Part shown: in pieces, positions 55,742-64,000 of the stretch
How the letters are laid out: every line of letters starts with the position of its first letter
How positions within the stretch are numbered: position 1 is the first letter of the stretch
NCBI GenBank assembly: GCA_002269645.1
Contig: NIVC01003844.1
Span: 1 to 64,000 of the forward strand
DNA: 64,000 nucleotides
Direction of reading: 5' to 3'
DNA from: Macrostomum lignano
Taxonomy: Eukaryota
The notes under the pieces: generated by a model
Seen by the model: the letters and a program-made list of their open reading frames with translations, nothing else
Database searches by the model: none
What the model was told of the DNA's origin: nothing
Made by a program: the position numbers and the translations under genes

Positions 55742-56981
55742 ATGCAGCTGTACCAGCTTCATCAGCAGCAGCCGAATTCGTTGCTGCCAAATTTGGCATT
55801 CGGATTCACCCAAGAGCAGGTGGCGTGCGTTTGCGAAGTTCTGCTTCAAGGCGGCAACGTCGAACGACTCGCCAGATTTCTATGGTCGCTGCCCCAATGC
55901 GAGCTGCTGAAACGCAACGAAAGCGTCGTGAAAGCCAGCGCCACAGTGGCTTTTCATCGCGGCAACTTCAAAGAGCTCTACAGGCTGGTTGAGAGTCACA
56001 ATTTTGCACCGCAGAATCACGCTCGAATGCAGGTGAAGAGCCATTGTTCGCTTAAAATGCCATTTTTATTAGGATACATATGCAAAAATTTATCGTTAAG
56101 GAAACTTTTAATGATGATTTGGTGCCCTTTAAGATGATTTGGCGCCATCCTAGATGATTTGGCGCCATCTTAGATGATCTGGCGCCATCTTAGATGATTT
56201 GGCGCCATCCTAGATGATTTGGCGCCATCTTAGATGATTTGGCGCCATGTTCGATGATTTGGCGCCACTTAACATGATTTTGCGCCATTTATGATGATTT
56301 AGTGCCACTTAACATGATTTGGCGCTATTTATGATGATTAAGCGCCATTTAACATGATTTGGCGCTATTTATGATTATTTGGCGCCGCTTAAGATAATTT
56401 GGCACCTTTTTAGATGTCTTAGCGCCATTTATGGTGACTTAGCACCATTTATTATGATTTGGCGCCACTTAACATGATTCGGCGCCGTTTATAATTACCA
56501 TAATCTTGGTAAGCACTCATGCCCTCCCTCTTCGCAGGACCTGTGGCTGCGCGCTCGCTACACGGAGGCCGAGCGCCTACGCGGCCGTCCCCTCGGCGCC
56601 GTTGGCAAGTACCGGGTGCGCAAGAAGTTCCCGCTGCCGCGCACCATCTGGGACGGCGAGGAGACATCCTACTGTTTCAAGGAGCGTTCGAGAAACGCCC
56701 TGAGAGACTGGTACTCCAGGAACCCCTACCCGGCCCCCAGGGAGAAGCGGGACTTGGCCGAGGCAACCGGCCTGACCACCACACAGGTGTCGAACTGGTT
56801 CAAGAATCGCAGGCAGCGAGACCGAGCAGCCGCCGCGGCCGCCGCCGCCGGGATTGGGCCGCTGGGGTCGCATAGCGGAGCTCGACCGATTCTGCGCGGC
56901 GTTGACGACACGGCTGACGATTTGTGCCAGGAGGAGGAGGCCTGTGAGGATGACACGAGCGATGCTGGAGCTGCTATGTGA
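55742..56981 (+). CDS. Six1/2: Six1/2 (sine oculis class) homeobox protein; exons 55742-56032 and 56538 to 56977/56981; a further 3' exon is possible
   Basis: SIX domain [13 protein letters not shown]...ARFLWSLP; phase-0 intron CAG|GT...CAG|GAC; homeodomain with the ETSY tetrapeptide and [10 protein letters not shown]. Confidence 0.95.
56110..56480. repeat. 20-bp tandem repeat (GATGATTTGGCGCCATCTTA) in Six intron 1
   Basis: Direct reading. Confidence 0.85.
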
Positions 56982-57049
56982 GTGCAGGAGTGCAGAGAGG
57001 CTCTGTTGATGCCATAGAGGACAGAGCTATTTGAGGGGGTTTGAGGGCA

Positions 57050-57570
57050 TTTTATATGACCTATGGGTATTATTTTAGATCTGAGGGTATTCTTTTGAAA
57101 CTGAGGGTGTTCTTTTGGATCTGAGGGTATTCTTTTGGATCTGAGGGTATTCTTTTGGATCTGAGGGTATTCTTTTGGATCTGAGGGCATCCTGTTGGAT
57201 CTGAGGGTATTCCTTAAGATCTGAGGGTATTATTTTAGATCTGAGGGTATTATTTTAGGATCCGAGGGTATTCTTTTGGATCGGAGGGTATTCCTTAAGA
57301 TCTGAGGGTATTCTTTAGGATCTGAGGGTATTCTTTTGGATCTGAGGGTATTCCTTAAGATCTGAGGGTATTATTTTAGATCTGAGGTTATTCTTTTGGA
57401 CCTGAGGGTATTATTTTAGATCTGAGGGCATTCCTTAAGATCTGAGGGTATTCTTTTGGATCTGAGGGTATTCTTTTGGATCGGAGGGTATTCCTTAAGA
57501 TCTGAGGGTATTATTTTAGATCTGAGGGTATTCTTCTGGACCTGAGGGTATTAGTTTGAAGCTGAGGGTA
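57050..57570. repeat. 20-bp tandem repeat (GATCTGAGGGTATTCTTTTG)
   Basis: Direct reading. Confidence 0.9.
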
Positions 57571-58489
57571 TTCTTTTACTTTCTCTTATTCTTGGGAAAT
57601 TCTCAAAATCTTAGGGGTGGTATATTTTTAGTGAGGCACTTTTGCGACTCAGGAGAATGCTTGAGTCCCTAATTTAATTGACTGATTTAACCGAAATTGT
57701 TCCATTTTTGTCAGAAAAACATATCTCTGACAATTGTTACTCTCAACCGAGAATATCAGATATTATTCTCCATGGGCATGGCAGAGGGTGAGGGCACATA
57801 CGAGAGTGTACATGGGCTGACCGATTAGAATGTCGGGACTGCTGTACACAACGTGTGAGCGTGCAGTGTATTAATGTGTGCCTGTGTACAGCATTGGCGC
57901 GCTTGTATGTACGAGGAGTCAGGAGTCAGCGGAATGAGGCAGAATTGCTGTCAACGCTGGTTGTTGTGCCAGGGTGTCACGGATGGGTCTAAAACTTATA
58001 GAGAGCTGCTTGGGGAAGAGTTTTTGACTTCCAGGGGCTCCCGGCGCATTCATGCAGAGTCCGAAATCGAGGCCAAGCAATCTGTGGGAACAAATGACGA
58101 ATGCATCAAAAGGTAGCAGCAGACATATAGCTCGATATATGAAGCATGTTTTTGTTCTCACACATGTGGAAATATCCTATATTCCAACACCATCCATTAC
58201 TATAACACCTTTCTTCCGGCTCGCATATACGAGTATATGTGCGCTATGGCAGTTGGCACCATCATCCATTGTTTGTTTGAATGCAACTTGACTTCCGGGC
58301 GTACAAAGAGAGAGAGAGAGAGAAAAATATTAATAACTGCACCGATTCTCGGACACAAATGACACTTATACTTTGACAGTCATGACAGATCGACTGGGCA
58401 CTAAGCTATAGTTAAATTTATTTGCGTTTTGGAACTTGGCTTGAATTATACTTGACCTCGGAAGGAAGCATGGTTTCGTGAGGTTTCCT

Positions 58490-61068
58490 CTTAGGATCCC
58501 AGTTCAAGGAGCTTAGATCCAATGAAGACCCCAGTTCAAGGAGCTTAGATCCAATGAAGATCCCAGTTCAAGGAGCTCAGATCCCCTGAAGATCCAAGTT
58601 CAAGGAGCTTAGATCCAATGAAGATCCCAGTTCAAGGAGCTTAGATCCAATGAAGATCCCAGTTCAAGGAGCTCAGATCCAATGAAGATCTCAGTTCAAG
58701 GAGCTCAGATCCCCTGAAGATCCCAGTTCAAGGAGCTCAGATCCCCTGAAGATCCCAGTTCAAGGAGCTTCTAAAGATTCAATGAAGATCCCAGTTCAAG
58801 GAGCTCAGATCCCCTGAAGATCCCAGTTCAAGGAGCTCAGATCCCCTGAAGATCCCAGTTCAAGGAGCTCAGATTCAATGAAGATCCCAGTTCAAGGAGC
58901 TCAGATCCCCTGAAGATCCCAGTTCAAGGAGCTCAGATCCCCTGAAGATCCCAGTTCAAGGAGCTTAGATCCAATGAAGATCTCAGTTCAAGGAGCTCAG
59001 ATCCCCTGAAGATCCCAGTTCAAGGAGCTTAGATCCAATGAAGATCCCAGTTCAAGGAGCTCTGATCCAATGAAGATCCCAGTTCAAGGAGCTCAGATCC
59101 AATGAAGATCTCAGTTCAAGGAGCTCAGATCCCTTGAAGATCCCAGTTCAAGGAGCTCAGATCCCCTGAAGATCCCAGTTCAAGGAGCTTCTAAAGATTC
59201 AATGAAGATCCCAGTTCAAGGAGCTCAGATCCCCTGAAGATCCCAGTTTAAGGAGCTCAGATCCCCTGAAGATCCCAGTTCAAGGAGCTCAGATCCCCTG
59301 AAGATCCCAGTTCAAGGAGCTCAGATCCCCTGAAGATCCCAGTTCAAGGAGCTCAGATTCAATGAAGATCCAAGTTCAAGGAGCTCAGATCCCCTGAAGA
59401 TCCCAGTTCAAGGAGCTCAGATCCAATGAAGATCCCAGTTCAAGGAGCTTAGATCCAATGAAGATCTCAGTTCAAGGAGCTCAGATCCAATGAAGATCCC
59501 AGTTCAAGGAGCTTAGATCCAATGAAGATCCCAGTTCAAGGAGCTCAGATCCCCTGAAGATCCCAGTTCAAGGAGCTCAGATTCAATGAAGACCCCAGTT
59601 CAAGGAGCTTAGATCCCCTGAAGATCCAAGTTCAAGGAGCTTAGATCCAATGAAGATCCCAGTTCAAGGAGCTTAGATCCAATGAAGATCTCAGTTCAAG
59701 GAGCTCAGATCCCCTGAAGATCCCAGTTCAAGGAGCTCAGATCCCTGAAGATCCAAGTTCAAGGAGCTCAGATCCCCTGAAGATCCCAGTTCAAGGAGCT
59801 CAGATCCCCTGAAGATCCCAGTTCAAGGAGCTCAGATCCCCTGAAGATCCAAGTTCAAGGAGCTCTGATCCCCTGAAGATCCAAGTTCAAGGAGCTCAGA
59901 TCCCCTGAAGATCCCAGTTCAAGGAGCTCAGATCCCCTGAAGATCCCAGTTCAAGGAGCTTAGATCCAATGAAGATCTCAGTTCAAGGAGCTCAGATCCA
60001 ATGAAGATCCCAGTTCAAGGAGCTTAGATCCAATGAAGATCCCAGTTCAAGGAGCTCAGATTCAATGAAGATCCCAGTTCAAGGAGCTCTGATCCCCTGA
60101 AGATCCCAGTTCAAGGAGCTCAGATCCCCTGAAGATCCCAGTTCAAGGAGCTCAGATCCCCTGAAGATCCCAGTTCAAGGAGCTTAGATCCAATGAAGAT
60201 CTCAGTTCAAGGAGCTCAGATCCAATGAAGATCCCAGTTCAAGGAGCTTAGATCCAATGAAGATCCCAGTTCAAGGAGCTCAGATCCCCTGAAGATCCCA
60301 GTTCAAGGAGCTCAGATCCCCTGAAGATCCCAGTTCAAGGAGCTCAGATCCCCTGAAGATCCCAGTTCAAGGAGCTCAGATCCAATGAAGATCCCAGTTC
60401 AAGGAGCTTAGATCCAATGAAGATCCCAGTTCAAGGAGCTTAGATCCAATGAAGATCCCAGTTCAAGGAGCTTAGATCCAATGAAGATCCCAGTTCAAGG
60501 AGCTTAGATTCAATGAAGATCCCCCAGTTCAAGGAGCTCAGATCCCCTGAAGATCCCAGTTCAAGGAGCTTAGATCCCCCGAAGATCCCAGTTCAAGTAT
60601 CTTGAATCCCCCGAAGATCCCAGTTCAAGTATCTTGAATCCCCGAAGATCCCAGTTCAAGTATCTTGAATCCCCCGAAGATCCCAGTTCAAGTATCTTGA
60701 ATCCCCGAAGATCCCAGTTCAAGTATCTTGAATCCCCCGAAGATCCCAGTTCAAGTATCTTGAATCCCCCGAAGATCCCAGTTCAGCTATCTTGAATCCC
60801 CCGAAGATCCCAGTTCAAGTATCTTGAATCCCCCGAAGATCCCAGTTCAAGTATCTTGAATCCCCGAAGATCCCAGTTCAAGTATCTTGAATCCCCCGAA
60901 GATCCCAGTTCAAGTATCTTGAATCCCCGAAGATCCCAGTTCAAGTATCTTGAATCCCCGAAGATCCCAGTTCAAGTATCTTGAATCCCCCGAAGATCCC
61001 AGTTCAAGTATCTTGAATCCCCCGAAGATCCCAGTTCAAGTATCTTGAATCCCCCGAAGATCCCAGTT
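58490..61068. repeat. 32-bp satellite with two subfamilies; switch near 60590
   Basis: GATCCCAGTTCAAGGAGCTCAGATCCCCTGAA, then GATCCCAGTTCAAGTATCTTGAATCCCCCGAA. Confidence 0.95.
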
Positions 61069-62029
61069 AAAAAATAGTTGAACGTCGGATTCAAAAACGC
61101 CAGATTTAAGAAATTTCTTTTTTATAAAAAAATAACAAGACACTAAAGTTCATAAAGCTGACTTTATTCAGTTTTGTTTTCATGCCAGACACTCAAAATG
61201 CAGTTGACTCATCTAGCTCATGAAAACGTCTATGGAATAAACCGGGATTCTGCTTGCTTACATGCATTTCCGGTGTCCCTACAAAGTTTCAGAGTGAATC
61301 TTCACTCTTATACTGAATCAGACCGACGCATAACTATTTATTAGCTTCATATGATTTTTAATCAGTCAGTCGGTCTGGTATTTCGAAAATTTTCTTAGTT
61401 AAACTGATAACTCACCTTCCGCGGAGCTTCCCCTCAGACAGAGAGGCAAACAGCTTTGTATTCGGGATTCCCTATCTAAAGCGGGACATTTTTCATGGAT
61501 GAATGAATGGTCATACTCATAATTCAACCCTTAAATAGCTACCTATCCAACCTGCATATTAGCTTCGAACAGTTGCAAACTAACGGGCATGTATAACACA
61601 GATGCAACATAAAGATATCCAGGGACTTCCTCTTTTCCCTTTCAACGTGGTGGCGTAAAAATGTTTTCTAATTCGCTTTCAATTTTATGATGTCAAATTT
61701 TCGGGAGCTCGGGTACACGGGTACTTTGTGCGATGATTCGTTTTACAAATCTAACATGTATTATAAAGGTATGCGGTCTTTATCAAAGCTTTGTAGACAG
61801 ACAAGACTTTTAATTATTGGACTGTCTGTGTAATTGTAAACGAAAAGTGTCAAGAAAAGACGCGCTGGTTGTTAAATTAATTGTTACGGAGAATGTTAAA
61901 GGACGCCCATATTTAGCCATAACTGTAAGTGCCAAGTTTAGGTTGTAAAACTAAGTTTTTTTGTCGAAACCTGATCCCTTTTTGACTGCTGGACATCCGC
62001 TGTAGATAGCATGATTAATTATCATTAAC

Positions 62030-64000
62030 TGTTAGATAGGATCAGTACATTTTAGATAAAGATCATTAGCTGTTAGACATGGATCGTTAGCTGCTCAGAC
62101 AAGGATCATTAGCTGTTAGACAAGGATCAATAGCTGTTAGATAATTGGATTATTAGTTGTTAGACAAATATCATTAGCTGTTAGATAGGGATCAATAGCT
62201 GTTAGACAAGGATCAATAGCTGTTAGATAAGGATCATTATCTGTTAGATAATTGGATCATTAGTTGTTAGACAAATATCATTAGCTGTTAGATAGGGATC
62301 AATAGCTGTTAGACAAGGATCAATAGCTGTTAGATAAGGATCATTATCTGTTAGATAATTGGATTATTAGTTGTTAGACAAATATCATTAGCTGTTAGAT
62401 AGGGATCAATAGCTGTTAGACAAGGATCAATAGCTGTTAGATAAGGATCATTATCTGTTAGATAATTGGATCATTAGTTGTTAGACAAAGATCATTAGCT
62501 GTTAGATAGGGATCAATAGCTGTTAGACAAGGATCAATAGCTGTTAGATAAGGATCATTATCTGTTAGATAATTGGATCATTAGTTGTTAGACAAAGATC
62601 ATTAGCTGTTAGATAGGGATCAATAGCTGTTAGACAAGGATCAATAGCTGTTAGATAAGGATCATTATCTGTTAGATAATTGGAATATTAGTTGTTAGAC
62701 AAATCTCATTAGCTGTTAGATAGGGATCAATAGCTGTTAGACAAGGATCAATAGCTGTTAGATAAGGATCATTATCTGTTAGATAATTGGATCATTAGTT
62801 GTTAGACAAATATCATTAGCTGTTAGATAGGGATCAATAGCTGTTAGACAAGGATCAATAGCTGTTAGATAAGGATCATTATCTGTTAGATAATTGGATC
62901 ATTAGTTGTTAGACAAAGATCATTAGCTGTTAGATAGGGATCAATAGCTGTTAGACAAGGATCAATAGCTGTTAGATAAGGATCATTATCTGTTAGATAA
63001 TTGGATCATTAGTTGTTAGACAAATATCATTAGCTGTTAGATAGGGATCAATAGCTGTTAGACAAGGATCAATAGCTGTTAGATAAGGATCATTATCTGT
63101 TAGATAATTGGATCATTAGTTGTTAGACAAAGATCATTAGCTGTTAGATAGGGATCAATAGCTGTTAGACAAGGATCAATAGCTGTTAGATAAGGATCAT
63201 TATCTGTTAGATAATTGGATCATTAGTTGTTAGACAAATATCATTAGCTGTTAGATAGGGATCAATAGCTGTTAGACAAGGATCAATAGCTGTTAGATAA
63301 GGATCATTATCTGTTAGATAATTGGATCATTAGTTGTTAGACAAAGATCATTAGCTGTTAGATAGGGATCAATAGCTGTTAGACAAGGATCAATAGCTGT
63401 TAGATAAGGATCATTATCTGTTAGATAATTGGATCATTAGTTGTTAGACAAATATCATTAGCTGTTAGATAGGGATCAATAGCTGTTAGACAAGGATCAA
63501 TAGCTGTTAGATAAGGATCATTATCTGTTAGATAATTGGATCATTAGTTGTTAGACAAATATCATTAGCTGTTAGATAGGGATCAATAGCTGTTAGACAA
63601 GGATCAATAGCTGTTAGATAAGGATCATTATCTGTTAGATAATTGGATCATTAGTTGTTAGACAAAGATCATTAGCTGTTAGATAGGGATCAATAGCTGT
63701 TAGACAAGGATCAATAGCTGTTAGATAAGGATCATTATCTGTTAGATAATTGGATCATTAGTTGTTAGACAAATATCATTAGCTGTTAGATAGGGATCAA
63801 TAGCTGTTAGACAAGGATCAATAGCTGTTAGATAAGGATCATTATCTGTTAGATAATTGGATCATTAGTTGTTAGACAAAGATCATTAGCTGTTAGATAG
63901 GGATCAATAGCTGTTAGACAAGGATCAATAGCTGTTAGATAAGGATCATTATCTGTTAGATAATTGGATCATTAGTTGTTAGACAAAGATCATTAGCTGT
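62030..64000. repeat. 107-bp higher-order satellite made of five subunits of about 21 bp; continues past the window
   Basis: TTAGATAGGG recurs at 62181, 62288, 62395 and onward. Confidence 0.95.

Overview
Repeat-rich animal genomic DNA with GT-AG introns and TTAGGG-type repeats. A flatworm or other lophotrochozoan origin is plausible but is only my inference. Host genes: (1) three tandem, damaged minus-strand genes for a small His...NC (permuted papain/NlpC-P60, LRAT-like) protein at 1.7-6.5 kb; (2) an intact two-exon secreted fibrinogen-domain gene; (3) a rhodopsin-class GPCR split inside its polyQ tract by a near full-length Ingi-like LINE; (4) an RPA70-like OB-fold pseudogene; (5) a Six1/2 (sine oculis) homeobox gene. 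Mobile DNA: an R2-like element (HDV-like ribozyme, C2H2 finger, Myb domain) with no rDNA context, interrupted by an RTE-like LINE; a Jockey-like RT fold-back with telomere-like repeats; a Penelope remnant with two hammerhead cores; an autonomous Harbinger nested in a non-autonomous one; a 5'-truncated LOA/R1-like LINE; an intact hAT element; and several MITEs. Many minisatellites and satellites fill 45-64 kb, and there is an N gap at 14535-14979. All calls come from manual reading with no database searches or folding run. Many single-base frameshifts between about 10 and 30 kb could be assembly errors.
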